This document shows positions 23,294-33,972 of a DNA stretch of 64,000 nucleotides, one piece after another. Source of the DNA: an uncultured Methanosarcinaceae archaeon (lineage in GTDB: Archaea > Halobacteriota > Methanosarcinia > Methanosarcinales > Methanosarcinaceae); contig CAVSHT010000012.1 in assembly GCA_963727895.1 (NCBI GenBank), forward strand, positions 160,001-224,000. The letters are read 5' to 3'. The notes under the pieces were generated by a model that worked only from the letters and a program-made list of their open reading frames with translations, had not been told where the DNA came from and did not search any database. Each line of letters begins with the position of its first letter. Position 1 is the stretch's first letter. The translations under genes and the position numbers were made by a program.

Positions 23294-24019
23294 ATGTGCG
23301 CGAATTCCATATCGGGAGGACTTTGCATAGAATCATTCAAATGTGTGCTTACAAACTGGGATTATATCTATAACTTGTGCCGAAAAATTTCCACAGAAAT
23401 AAAACGTTCTGGATATGAACCGGACGTAATTATTGCGCTTGCAAGAGGAGGCTGGTTTGCTGGACGAGTTCTCTGTGATTTTCTAGGACTTGATGACCTG
23501 TCCAGTCTGAAAGTCGAGCATTATATCGGAGATACAGCTATTGATACTGGTGAGCCTTATATTCGATACCCTCTCTCGGAAAATGTTATAAAAAGAAAAA
23601 AGGTACTTATTGTAGATGATATCGTTGAAACCGGGGATAGTATGTTAAGTGCTAAATCCTACATTGAAAGCCGTAATCCCTTGGAAGTTAGAACCGCTTC
23701 ATTACAGTACTTTGGAAGTTCGAAAATTGACCCCGATTATGTGGGTGAAAGGCTTGAAGATTGGGCTTGGATTATCTATCCCTGGAACTTTATGGAAGAT
23801 ATGATAAGCATTCTAATCAAATGCATGAGAAAAAACCCTAAAAAGCTCTGGAACCTTGAGGATCTTAAACACAGCCTTTACAAAAACCATGCACTAGACT
23901 CAGTTGTCTTTGAAATTACCCAACCTGGAAGGCTCCCCGAAGTTATGGAGGAAATGGAAAGAGTACACAGGGTCAGTTCCGAGACAATTGATGGGAAAAA
24001 ACACTGGAGGCTTTTATAA
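23294..24019 (+). CDS. Type I phosphoribosyltransferase (start uncertain: ATG 23294 or ATA 23327)
   Basis: IALARGG, VLIVDDIVETGDS PRPP loop, WIIYPW. Confidence 0.88.
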   Translation: MCANSISGGLCIESFKCVLTNWDYIYNLCRKISTEIKRSGYEPDVIIALARGGWFAGRVLCDFLGLDDLSSLKVEHYIGDTAIDTGEPYIRYPLSENVIKRKKVLIVDDIVETGDSMLSAKSYIESRNPLEVRTASLQYFGSSKIDPDYVGERLEDWAWIIYPWNFMEDMISILIKCMRKNPKKLWNLEDLKHSLYKNHALDSVVFEITQPGRLPEVMEEMERVHRVSSETIDGKKHWRLL

Positions 24020-24330
24020 AAACTTTTGTTATATACGTTTTCCCTAAGAGGCCAACAACTTACGCCTCTTACTTAAAAATCGGGTGGGATTACAATCAAC
24101 GAAGTTTACTTTTTCTGGTCGAATCTATCTTTTTCGTAAAAACAGACATTAAGCTAGAAATACAAATATACATATCTACCTAGGGTATCTATTAAAGTAT
24201 CCACAGAGATATCATATTATTACTCTGTATTCCTCACTTGAAATCTCGGTCAGGATACCAAGTTGGTCTAAATCCCGAGTACATATTTTAATTTACAATA
24301 AATTCGTTCATTATTTCTATCGGTGAATTC

Positions 24331-24783
24331 ATGCCCCACAGATGTACCAGATGCGGAACCATTTTTGAAGACGGAGACTCTGTCATCCTAAGCGGCTGCC
24401 CTAACTGCGGCTGGAATAAATTTCTTTATGTAATAAAAGAATCAGAAGGTTCGGAAAATCAGGAAATGCTTGCTCTGGAAGAACAAAAACTGGATTTGGA
24501 GTCTTCTCTGGATGAAGTTGTCAGGAATATTGATGAGGCTCTTGCTTCTGAACAAGATAACATAACGCAGGAACCCGAAGCTGAATGGAAAACGGAAGAA
24601 GAAAGAGTAGAGTCCGTAAGAATCCTTGGACCTGGATCCTATGAACTTAATCTGGACTCCCTTCTTGAAAGAAAAGAGTTAGTTATGGCAATTCGAGAAG
24701 AAGGATCTTATGCCCTGCACTTACCTTCGGTCTTCAGCCAGCAAAAGGAAAACCAAAAAGAAAAGCTAAAAAAGCAAAAGTGA
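24331..24783 (+). CDS. Zn-ribbon protein (DUF2072-like)
   Basis: MPHRCTRCG..GCPNCGWNKF; ESVRILGPGSYELNL. Confidence 0.8.
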   Translation: MPHRCTRCGTIFEDGDSVILSGCPNCGWNKFLYVIKESEGSENQEMLALEEQKLDLESSLDEVVRNIDEALASEQDNITQEPEAEWKTEEERVESVRILGPGSYELNLDSLLERKELVMAIREEGSYALHLPSVFSQQKENQKEKLKKQK

Positions 24784-25094
24784 TTTTTAAATTTTTTGAT
24801 TTTTTCCAGAAATTTCTTGCTTGAATATTTTGGAAAATTCTTTTTGTCGGTCTTTATTAAACAAAGTGTAAACTATACGTTTTTATCTTGGAAATATAAG
24901 CGTTAGATTATTCTATTTTCCTCTAAAACTTTTCTGTATGTCATATGTTTATTTTTTATAAGTTATTAAATAGAGAATAGGGCTAGTTAAATTCTGTAAG
25001 TATTCTACCTGGTTCCTATATTCTCTTCATATCTAATTTTTTTAGTTCTAAATTTGGAATCGGTTTCTTCAGAAACCTTTATATTTTATATATA

Positions 25095-25109
25095 CTAACT
25101 ATAAGTTAC
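25095..25109. promoter_or_regulatory. Candidate heat-shock repressor operator CTAAC-N5-GTTAC
   Basis: One mismatch to the Archaeoglobus HSR1 motif CTAAC-N5-GTTAG; immediately after TATA-like TTTATATA upstream of the regulator-cdc48-hsp20 operon. Confidence 0.6.
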
Positions 25110-25282
25110 TATCTTATGCATACTCCTCACCAGCTAGTCTTCGAGGCAAAGTTTCTGGCAGGTATTTTGTTTTCCTGTCTGAATTTACTCAAGACTACCA
25201 TAATATACTAAGTAAACAAATCACGAAGCTTGGCTTTATCGTTTAAGCTTCTTACAAATTAGATAACTATCAGAGGGGAAAA

Positions 25283-25969
25283 ATGGACCCAGCACAATTA
25301 CTTGATATCTTAGGGAATGAAAATCGCAGGAGGATTATTCAACTTCTTGCAAATCGCCCTTGCTATGTCAGTGAGATTTCTAGCAGGTTAGGAGTAGGGC
25401 CAAAAGCCATAATAAATCACCTAGGTCTACTTGAGCAGGCTGGCCTTATAGAATGCAGTGTGGATGAACAAAGGCGCAAGTACTTCAATATCGCAAACAA
25501 CATGCGACTTGAAGTGTTGGTATCACCTTATACTTATGCAGTGACACTTCACGACACTGCTTTTGAGAGGGAAAAAAACGAAGAATCTCCTGTGCAAAAG
25601 GAGATTCCTGCTAAGGAAGAATCTCAGGAGTTATTTCTTGAGCTGAACAGCAAACTTAAGGAACTCAAGAGTAGGCAAGAGGAACTCGCACAGATGCAGC
25701 AGCATCTCCAGGCTGAGTATACAAAAATTATGGGTCATTGTCTGGATTTACTTGAAGAAGTTGTTAGTAATCCTGTGGAATGTGAGCTCCTTTTTGAGCT
25801 TCTGAAAAATGAAACCACTTTAGCTACTCTATGTTACAACCTGCGCTTGCACCCTAGTATTATTAACACTAATCTGATAAATCTCGCAAATAGGGGGTTT
25901 ATTGAGTATAGCATTAAAAATAACCAATACTACTGGAAAATATGTGAGTCTGGAGTTGAGAATGAATGA
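25283..25969 (+). CDS. ArsR-family heat-shock regulator (HSR1/Phr-like)
   Basis: [43 protein letters not shown]; coiled coil; overlaps the cdc48 start. Confidence 0.85.
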   Translation: MDPAQLLDILGNENRRRIIQLLANRPCYVSEISSRLGVGPKAIINHLGLLEQAGLIECSVDEQRRKYFNIANNMRLEVLVSPYTYAVTLHDTAFEREKNEESPVQKEIPAKEESQELFLELNSKLKELKSRQEELAQMQQHLQAEYTKIMGHCLDLLEEVVSNPVECELLFELLKNETTLATLCYNLRLHPSIINTNLINLANRGFIEYSIKNNQYYWKICESGVENE

Positions 25970-28230
25970 CTGAAGAACCAACTTTGAGAGTTGCTGAGGC
26001 TTATCATAAGGACGTGGGCAGGGGAATTGCGCGAATTGATACCCGGCTAATGCAGCAGTTGGGACTTGTAAGCGGGGATATAATTGAGATCTCAGGAAGA
26101 GCGAAGACTTATGCAATTGTCTGGCCAAATTTAGAATGTGACCAGGAAAACCGTATTCGGATCGACGGAAATCTACGAAGCAATGCAAAAGTAGGAATTG
26201 ATGATAAGGTCACAATCAAGAAAGTCCAGGCAAAACACGCTCAGAGAGTCACTCTCGCTCCTTCTCAGCCTGTAAGACTTGTTGGAGGTGCTCACTACAT
26301 TCTGAGGATCATTGAGGGAAGACCTTTGAATAAAGGTCAGCAGATTCGGGTGGAGACTGTCAATAATCCTCTTACCTTCGTGGTTTCGTCTACAAGACCT
26401 ACTGGACCTGTTGTTGTTACTAAGGATACTGAAATTGTCATCAAAGAGAAATCAATTGAGGAGAGTAAGGTTACAGAAGGTATTTCATATGAAGATATCG
26501 GTGGACTGAAGCGGGAAATTCAACTTGTCAGAGAAATGATTGAGCTGCCACTAAGACATCCCGAACTCTTCCAAAAGCTGGGGATTGAGCCTCCTAAAGG
26601 AGTGCTGCTTCATGGGCCACCGGGCACGGGTAAGACGATGATAGCAAAGGCAGTTGCAAGTGAAACTGATGCTAATTTCATTACAATTAGCGGCCCTGAA
26701 ATCGTATCCAAGTATTACGGAGAAAGTGAGCAGAAGCTTCGTGAGATTTTTGAGGAAGCAGAAAAGGATGCACCATCTATCATATTCATAGATGAGATCG
26801 ACTCCATTGCTCCCAAACGTGGTGAAGTCACAGGGGAAATGGAACGCAGGGTAGTTGCTCAGTTGCTTTCCCTCATGGACGGGCTAAAGGCCCGGGGTGA
26901 AGTGGTAGTAATTGCTGCTACAAACCGCCCGAACTCAATAGATGAAGCTCTCCGCCGTGGAGGTAGATTTGACAGGGAAATTGAAATCGGAATTCCTGAT
27001 CGGAACGGAAGAAAGCAGATTCTTCTTATTCACACCAGAGGAATGCCTATTCAGGATGTAAGCCTTAGTGAACTTGCAGATGTAACTCATGGGTTTGTAG
27101 GCGCTGATCTGTCTTCCCTCTGTAAAGAAGCTGCAATGCATGCTCTCAGAAGGATAACTCCCGAAATAGATATCGAAGAAGAAGAAATTCCACAGGAAAT
27201 TCTTGATAAGCTAGTGGTTACCAAAGACGATTTCAAGGAAGCTCTGAAGAATATCGAGCCTTCTGCAATGAGGGAAGTTTATGTTGAGGTTCCACACATA
27301 GGATGGGAGGATATCGGAGGACTTGAAAATGCAAAGCAGGAACTTATTGAAGCTGTAGAGTGGCCTCTTAAGTATCCTGAAATCTTCAGTACTGTCAGTG
27401 TAAAACCTCCTCGAGGAATACTAATGTTTGGGCCTCCAGGTACGGGGAAAACCCTCCTTGCAAAGGCTATTGCCAGTGAAAGCGAAGCTAATTTCATCAG
27501 CATCAAAGGTCCAGAACTTCTTAGCAAGTACGTGGGAGAATCTGAGCGTGCAGTTAGAGAGACATTCAGGAAAGCAAAACAGGCTGCACCAACTGTTGTT
27601 TTCTTTGATGAGATTGATTCAATTGCTCCTCAGAGAAGTTCGGTTTCAGATACGCATGTGTCCGAAAGAGTTGTTAGCCAGATCCTTACTGAACTTGATG
27701 GAGTAGAAGAACTTAAGGATGTTGTCATTGTCGCGGCCACAAATCGGCCTGATATGGTTGATTCTGCCCTTCTGAGGCCTGGCCGTTTTGACAGACTCAT
27801 CTATATCAAACCTCCTGAAAAGATAAGCAGGGAAAAGATCTTTGAGATCCATACAAAAGGAAAACCCCTGACAGAAGACGTGAATATCTCTGAACTTGCT
27901 GATCTGACTGAAGGATATGTGGGTGCAGATATTGAAGGCATTTGTAGGGAAGCTGCGATGCTGGCTTTGAGGGATGTAGTAACTCCAGGAATTAGCAGGA
28001 AAGACATTGAAAAACGGGCAGGAGAAATCAAGATTTCAAAGAAGCACTTTGAACGTGCAATTCGCCGTGTAAAACCTACAACATCTAGGGAAAATCTTGC
28101 GGATTATGAGCAGAGTGCTGAACTCTTTGCCAAATACGCGACTTCGTTTGAAGAAGAAGTTTCTAAAGATGAAGACCCGGAGAAAGAAATTGAATCTAAA
28201 AATGTTCCTGGTTCCTTTCAGGCTCAGTAA
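25966..28230 (+). CDS. cdc48: CDC48/VCP family AAA ATPase
   Basis: N domain plus two AAA modules (GPPGTGKT twice, FIDEID/FFDEID, RFDR). Confidence 0.97.
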   Translation: MTEEPTLRVAEAYHKDVGRGIARIDTRLMQQLGLVSGDIIEISGRAKTYAIVWPNLECDQENRIRIDGNLRSNAKVGIDDKVTIKKVQAKHAQRVTLAPSQPVRLVGGAHYILRIIEGRPLNKGQQIRVETVNNPLTFVVSSTRPTGPVVVTKDTEIVIKEKSIEESKVTEGISYEDIGGLKREIQLVREMIELPLRHPELFQKLGIEPPKGVLLHGPPGTGKTMIAKAVASETDANFITISGPEIVSKYYGESEQKLREIFEEAEKDAPSIIFIDEIDSIAPKRGEVTGEMERRVVAQLLSLMDGLKARGEVVVIAATNRPNSIDEALRRGGRFDREIEIGIPDRNGRKQILLIHTRGMPIQDVSLSELADVTHGFVGADLSSLCKEAAMHALRRITPEIDIEEEEIPQEILDKLVVTKDDFKEALKNIEPSAMREVYVEVPHIGWEDIGGLENAKQELIEAVEWPLKYPEIFSTVSVKPPRGILMFGPPGTGKTLLAKAIASESEANFISIKGPELLSKYVGESERAVRETFRKAKQAAPTVVFFDEIDSIAPQRSSVSDTHVSERVVSQILTELDGVEELKDVVIVAATNRPDMVDSALLRPGRFDRLIYIKPPEKISREKIFEIHTKGKPLTEDVNISELADLTEGYVGADIEGICREAAMLALRDVVTPGISRKDIEKRAGEIKISKKHFERAIRRVKPTTSRENLADYEQSAELFAKYATSFEEEVSKDEDPEKEIESKNVPGSFQAQ

Positions 28231-28246
28231 TCCTGCTTCCTTACAG

Positions 28247-28268
28247 GCCGGGAAAAACCCGGCTTTTT
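28247..28268 (+). terminator. Hairpin plus T-tract after cdc48
   Basis: GCCGGG-AAAAA-CCCGGC followed by TTTTT. Confidence 0.5.
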
Positions 28269-28382
28269 ACCAAAAGTTCTGAAACTGAAAAAAATAATAG
28301 TAACTGATTTATAATGGATTATTTAATTAATATTCATTTGATAACAAATTATGAAAGGATAAATTAATAACGGGGTAATAAT

Positions 28383-28910
28383 ATGGACAGAGATCGAAAA
28401 AAAAGAGGAGATTTTTTTGATGAGGTCTTCGGAATTGATCCTATTGAGGATGTGGACGAAATGTTCGAACGCCTTAGCAGGGCAATGGGTGTGAATGTAG
28501 AAAATATCGGGCGTGATTCTTTCATCTACGGATTTTCCTTTACTCAGAGACCTGGAGAAGAACCTGAAATCCGTGAATTCGGGAATATTCCTATGTTTGA
28601 GCAAACTGAGACTGGTGAAAAGCGTAATCTTGATACACGAAAACCCCTTATTGATGTACTTGAAACCGAAGATACAGTGCATGTGATTGCTGAGATTCCA
28701 GGCAGCGAGAAAGAAAACATTAAATTGAACGCAACTGATTTAATACTTAACATAGAAACAATAGATGGAAATCCAAAATATTCCGAACGTGTGGAACTGC
28801 CAGTAAAGGTGGACCCCCAGAGTGCGAAAGCTACATATAAAAATGGTGTGCTAGAAGTTACCTTTAAGAGGCTGGAATCCAGTTCCCAAACCTCAATAAA
28901 TATTGAGTGA
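28383..28910 (+). CDS. hsp20: Small heat-shock protein Hsp20
   Basis: YGFS..REFGN, PLIDV, AKATYKNGVLEV alpha-crystallin motif. Confidence 0.93.
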   Translation: MDRDRKKRGDFFDEVFGIDPIEDVDEMFERLSRAMGVNVENIGRDSFIYGFSFTQRPGEEPEIREFGNIPMFEQTETGEKRNLDTRKPLIDVLETEDTVHVIAEIPGSEKENIKLNATDLILNIETIDGNPKYSERVELPVKVDPQSAKATYKNGVLEVTFKRLESSSQTSINIE

Positions 28911-28963
28911 CTTTCTGGGAATTGCACTGTAGGTAAACAGCACGTGGAAAAGCAGAGGTAATA

Positions 28964-29461
28964 ATGGTGGGCATAAGAAAAAGAAAGGACTTCTTTGAAG
29001 ATTTTGGATCTGAGCTTTTTGACAACTTGGAAGAAATGATCGAAGCCCTCCTAGAAGATATGGGAGAGTCAGTCCCCTTTGTCTACGGATTTTCTATCAT
29101 TCGTCTACCGGGGGAAGATTCCGAACTCCGAGAGTTTGGAAACGTTTCGGATAATTCTGAGGATGATAATAATTTGGTCACCTCTGAAATAAGAAACCCT
29201 TTTATTGATATCTTTGAAAGCGAAGAATTGGTACACATACTTGTCGAACTCCCGGAGGTTAAAAAAGAAGATCTTCTGCTCCATGCGACTGCTCAAAATC
29301 TAGAAATAAGAGTTCTTGATCTTTCCGATTATTCGCAGGATGTAGAGCTTCCTTCTCGTGTAGATCCTAAGAGTGCAAAAGCCAGCTATAAAAATGGGGT
29401 GCTTGAAGTTACTTTCAAGCGTTGTACTGAAGAAAGACCCGTTAAAATCGAAATTAGTTGA
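28964..29461 (+). CDS. hsp20: Small heat-shock protein Hsp20 (paralog)
   Basis: YGFS..REFGN, AKASYKNGVLEV. Confidence 0.92.
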   Translation: MVGIRKRKDFFEDFGSELFDNLEEMIEALLEDMGESVPFVYGFSIIRLPGEDSELREFGNVSDNSEDDNNLVTSEIRNPFIDIFESEELVHILVELPEVKKEDLLLHATAQNLEIRVLDLSDYSQDVELPSRVDPKSAKASYKNGVLEVTFKRCTEERPVKIEIS

Positions 29462-29611
29462 AGGGCAATGGCTTGCCCGTATGTAAGAACCAGATAGTAT
29501 GCACAGAATTGCCTACTAAAAAAGGGTATGTTGTTAGTGCAAAGTGACGTTACATTTTTTATGCATACTATTTTTATATTCTATTTTATACTCTACAGCA
29601 TTTTTAATTAT

Positions 29612-30162
29612 GGCTTTGATAATTAACTATAGTTATTTATTATGAGAACCTATATTTCTTCATGAACTGCCCCAGATGCAATAGTTCCAATCACAGATGG
29701 ATAAATAAATTTGGTCCGGAGTTAGAGGCTCTAAAAAGCGAAAATGAGATATCTATTGTTGAAATGGATGAAATGCACACTTACATCGGTAACAAAAAAA
29801 ATATTGCTGGATCTGGATTGCTGTTGATAGAGTTGGGAAAAAGTTCATCAACTGCTCTTTTGGCATCAGAGGAACAGAAACTGGAAAACTACTCTGGGAA
29901 AAATTGAAGAAAAAAGACATTGGAGAAGTGATGACAGATCACTGGAGGGCATATGCAGAGTTTCTTCCAGAAAAGATCCATACTCAATCAAAAGCAGAAA
30001 CATTTACAGTTAAGGGATATAACAGCATATTGAGGCATTTTCTAGCAAGATTGAGAAGAAAGACAAAGTGTTATACAAAAAGTCTTGAAATGCTAAAGTA
30101 CTCGGTTATTCTATTGATGAAATACAGAAATAAAGAACTAGATATGTTTAGTTAACAATACC
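29612..30162 (+). mobile_element. IS1-family element with internal deletion
   Basis: Ends GGCTTTGATAATTAA / TTAGTTAACAATACC; 8-bp target duplication TTAATTAT (29604-29611, 30163-30170); MNCPRC..MDEMHTY..(A8 shift)..WIWIAVD..TDHW..RHFLARLRRKTKC; ~190 bp shorter than the 48131 copy. Confidence 0.92.
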
Positions 30163-30530
30163 TTAATTATTTATAATATCTTCCGTTTGTTTTCTGATCT
30201 TGCATAATATTATTTTTTTTACGACTTTGTCTCATTTTATTTTTGCATAGCAACATGATACATTTCTTTTATTTATGGAACTCAATTTCCTGATTTATTA
30301 ATTTAATTTCCGTCAAGAGCAAATTGAAAATTTCCCCACAACATGATATTTTGATGATTCATGAGAAAATAGATATGGACTTCATACAGGCTAAAGAATC
30401 TGAAATTTTATTTAAAAATTTAAATATTTTTATATTGCTTAATATGTTCAAACTATATCAATACAGTCAATAAGCTTATTTTACTGTGAACATTATAGAA
30501 TTATATTAAATAATAAAGAGGAAAAAAGTA

Positions 30531-31643
30531 ATGACTCTTGAACCAGGAATTTTAGCTGGGTTTTTTATAATATTTCTTTCGGTATTGTTCGGTCCTTTTA
30601 AAGTAAGAATTATTGAGGAAAATCTGGAGATATTTCTTTTTGTTTGTGGAGTAGCAGCAATGACCATTTCTGGTTTTGTCAAACTCCCAGGTGCAGAAAC
30701 GGGTTGGAGAATGGAAATAATTAAAGAAGCATTGACTTCTCCGCTGAGTTCTTTACATATTGCTGGTATTCCAATAGGCATATTCCAGATAGTGCTGGTT
30801 GTTGGTTTAATTATCTATAAATGGCACGAACCGATTCATAAAGCAATCCGAAAAATGGCTTCAGTACTTTCCATTAAAGTTATGGCCTTTATCCTTATTG
30901 CTGTCCTTGGTCTGTTTTCCAGTGTAATGTCCGCCATTCTTGCAGCAATCATTCTCGTTGAGATGGTTAATGCACTCCCGATCTCACGAAAATCCAAGAT
31001 AAATCTAACAGTTATTGCATGTTTCTCAATAGGACTTGGCGCTGCTCTTACTCCTCTTGGAGAACCTCTTTCAACAATCGCTATCTCAAAACTCTCAGGT
31101 GGGCCTTATCATGCTGGATTCAACTTTTTAATTAATATGTTGGGTAAATATATAATTCCAGGCATCCTTGTTTATGGTATTGTTGGGATGTTCTTCCTTG
31201 GAAAAATTGAAATGAATTATTCTGATACAAAAGTTGCAGATTATAACGAGACTTTGAAAGATGTCATAATGAGAGCTGTTAAGGTTTATCTGTTTATCAT
31301 GGCTCTCACATTTCTCGGAGATGGTTTCAAACCTATTATCTTCGAATACTTCACACAGATACCTTCTGAAGTACTTTACTGGGTTAACATGGTCTCATCT
31401 ATCCTGGACAACGCTACCCTAGCAGCTGCTGAAATCGGACCTGCTATGAGTGAAATCCAGATAAAAAGTATTCTTATGGGTCTTTTAATTGCAGGTGGAA
31501 TGCTGATTCCAGGAAATATTCCGAACATCATTTCTGCAGGCAAACTGGGTATAACCAGCAAAGAATGGGCAAGACTTGGGGTACCCATGGGACTTGTCTC
31601 AATGGTTATATATTTCGTCATCATCTTTGTGCTTAAAATCTAA
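30531..31643 (+). CDS. DUF1646 family membrane protein (putative cation transporter)
   Basis: IEENLE, CFSIGLGAALTPLGEPLSTI, LDNATLAAAEI, GGMLIPGNIPNII; many TM segments. Confidence 0.85.
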   Translation: MTLEPGILAGFFIIFLSVLFGPFKVRIIEENLEIFLFVCGVAAMTISGFVKLPGAETGWRMEIIKEALTSPLSSLHIAGIPIGIFQIVLVVGLIIYKWHEPIHKAIRKMASVLSIKVMAFILIAVLGLFSSVMSAILAAIILVEMVNALPISRKSKINLTVIACFSIGLGAALTPLGEPLSTIAISKLSGGPYHAGFNFLINMLGKYIIPGILVYGIVGMFFLGKIEMNYSDTKVADYNETLKDVIMRAVKVYLFIMALTFLGDGFKPIIFEYFTQIPSEVLYWVNMVSSILDNATLAAAEIGPAMSEIQIKSILMGLLIAGGMLIPGNIPNIISAGKLGITSKEWARLGVPMGLVSMVIYFVIIFVLKI

Positions 31644-32535
31644 ACTTAAATTTGTCCAATAGCAAACAGGATTTAGTTCCAGGATCTAGTGAGAAAAATG
31701 AGATAAAATCACTTGATTTTGGAACAAATCCATATATGCCTTCAAAACAGAATAAATCGATTACATCTACAGAATTCTCTTCAAACCTCTGGGATAAATC
31801 TCAGGTATTACTTAAAAATTTAAGAATCTAGTGTTGGATAAAATATTACAAAAAGATCTATCCAATTTTTTGAATATACAAAAGTTCTCATATCTTTTAA
31901 TTGGAAGATTCATCATTAAATTTGAAGAATATGCTATTTTTTAATTGAATTTTTGCTGTGCCCTCAATCCATTTGTTAGTGATAGCTCTGGTCAGCATTA
32001 CAATGTTTTTCGTACAATTTTCTCTTGTAGCTGACCAACTATATTTTTAATTTTAATTTTAATTTTCTCGATTTCAATAAGTTCTGCCTAAAAGATATAC
32101 GGAAAATAAAACTAAATATTGGTTCTTCATATTTTTTTAAGTTTTATTCTCTTACTGACTTAATTTAAAATTAAGTTTTTGTGCTTAACAGTAGCTACTT
32201 TATATGAGCATACATGATTGTTCATGACATGCTATGATTTTAATAAAAAACTTTCTTAAATATTTAGCTAAAAATCCTTTTCTACTATTATATCAAAACA
32301 TATTTTATAAAACTAAATAACCAGATGAAACATCCGCTTTTTTTACAAATCTCTGGACGTTAAATTGAATTTAAACGTAATAAATATATTATATAATGAT
32401 ATATTTATTTGGCCAATTAATCGTAAAGTAGGTCCGCTAAATGACTATCAATTCTAGACTTTGTAGTATTTAACCGTAAATTGACTCCAACAGACCTTTT
32501 ACAATCCAGAATTTACCATAGGAGGAAAAAGGTCA

Positions 32536-33648
32536 ATGGCTCTTGATTTAGGAGTTTTAATTGGATTTCTTATAGTATTCCTGGCTGTATTGCTTGGCCC
32601 TTTCAAAATACATGTTATTGAGGAAAACCTGGAAGCATTCCTGTTTGTATGTGGAGTACTTGCAATGACTCTGTCAGGTTTTGCAGTGATTCCTGGCGTA
32701 GAAACCGGATGGAGTATGGAAATAATTAAAGAAGCATTAACTGCACCGTTACATGCTGGGGAAATAGCCGGAATTCCGATCGGAATATTTCAAATAGTGT
32801 TGATTGTCGGCTTGATTATCTATAAATGGCATGCTCCAATCCATAAAGCAATCAGGAAACTGACAGATATGCTTTCAGTCCGAGTTCTGGCTTTCATTCT
32901 CATCGTTGCCCTTGGCTTATCTTCCAGTATAATGTCCGCTATTCTTGCGGCAATTATTCTCGTTGAGGTAGTTAATGCAATGCCTCTCTCACGAAAATCT
33001 AAAATAAATCTCACGATCATCGCATGTTTCTCAATCGGTCTTGGCGCTGCGCTTACCCCTCTTGGAGAACCTCTTTCAACAATCGCCATTTCAAAACTCT
33101 CTGGTGAACCTTACCATGCCGATTTCATGTTCTTGTTTAATATGCTGGGAAAATATATTTTTTCCGGAATCCTTCTATATGGTATTCTTGGAGTTTTCTT
33201 CCTCGGAAAAACAGATATAAAAGAACACGAAATGGAATCAGCAGACTATAACGAAACCATAAAAGACGTCATAATGAGGGCTGTTAAGGTTTACGTGTTT
33301 ATTGCTGCGCTAGTGTTGCTAGGAGAAGGTTTCAAGCCTATAATCTTCGAATACTTTATCCAGGTTCCTTCTGTGGCACTCTACTGGATCAATATGGTTT
33401 CCGCTGTCCTTGACAATGCTACTCTGGCAGCTGCTGAGATCGGGCCTATACTTAGTGAATTTCAGATAAAAAGTGTACTTATGGGGCTTTTAATTTCAGG
33501 AGGGATGCTAATTCCTGGAAATATCCCGAATATTATCTCTGCGAGCAAATTGGATATAACTAGCAAAGAATGGGCAAAGCTTGGATTGCCTCTAGGACTT
33601 GCTTCGATGATCCTTTACTTCCTAGAGCTATTTGTACTCGATATCTGA
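32536..33648 (+). CDS. DUF1646 family membrane protein, tandem paralog
   Basis: Same motifs and same length (370 aa) as 30531-31643; SD GGAGG. Confidence 0.85.
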   Translation: MALDLGVLIGFLIVFLAVLLGPFKIHVIEENLEAFLFVCGVLAMTLSGFAVIPGVETGWSMEIIKEALTAPLHAGEIAGIPIGIFQIVLIVGLIIYKWHAPIHKAIRKLTDMLSVRVLAFILIVALGLSSSIMSAILAAIILVEVVNAMPLSRKSKINLTIIACFSIGLGAALTPLGEPLSTIAISKLSGEPYHADFMFLFNMLGKYIFSGILLYGILGVFFLGKTDIKEHEMESADYNETIKDVIMRAVKVYVFIAALVLLGEGFKPIIFEYFIQVPSVALYWINMVSAVLDNATLAAAEIGPILSEFQIKSVLMGLLISGGMLIPGNIPNIISASKLDITSKEWAKLGLPLGLASMILYFLELFVLDI

Positions 33649-33972
33649 CTTTTAAGTAAGTAACTTAAACCTATTTTTTTATTTTTATTTATTTAATTTT
33701 TTGAAACTTATCATATTGATTCTTTTTACAGCCAGCAAATTCATATTACTTCTTTTTCTAGTTCTAAAACTCCTTATTTGCCTAGTTTTTCCATATATCG
33801 GGAATTCCTTCCTTTTTTTCTCTTCATTTACCTTTCTGCTTTTGATCTATATTTACTTCAGACAAATAAACAAGTTTTTATTTATGTTCAGTTACTTCCT
33901 TCAATCAGGACTACTAATTCTATCTAACGATATTCTATTCCATAATTGATTTATTCAGTCAGGAGGAAAATA

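Noticed and set aside
24045..24071. Hairpin TAAGAGGC/GCCTCTTA after the PRTase gene
   Set aside because: 8-bp stem only; at most a terminator or stability element
33701..33949. 82-aa hydrophobic ORF before rbcL
   Set aside because: Arises from T-rich low-complexity intergenic DNA; no SD or family motif
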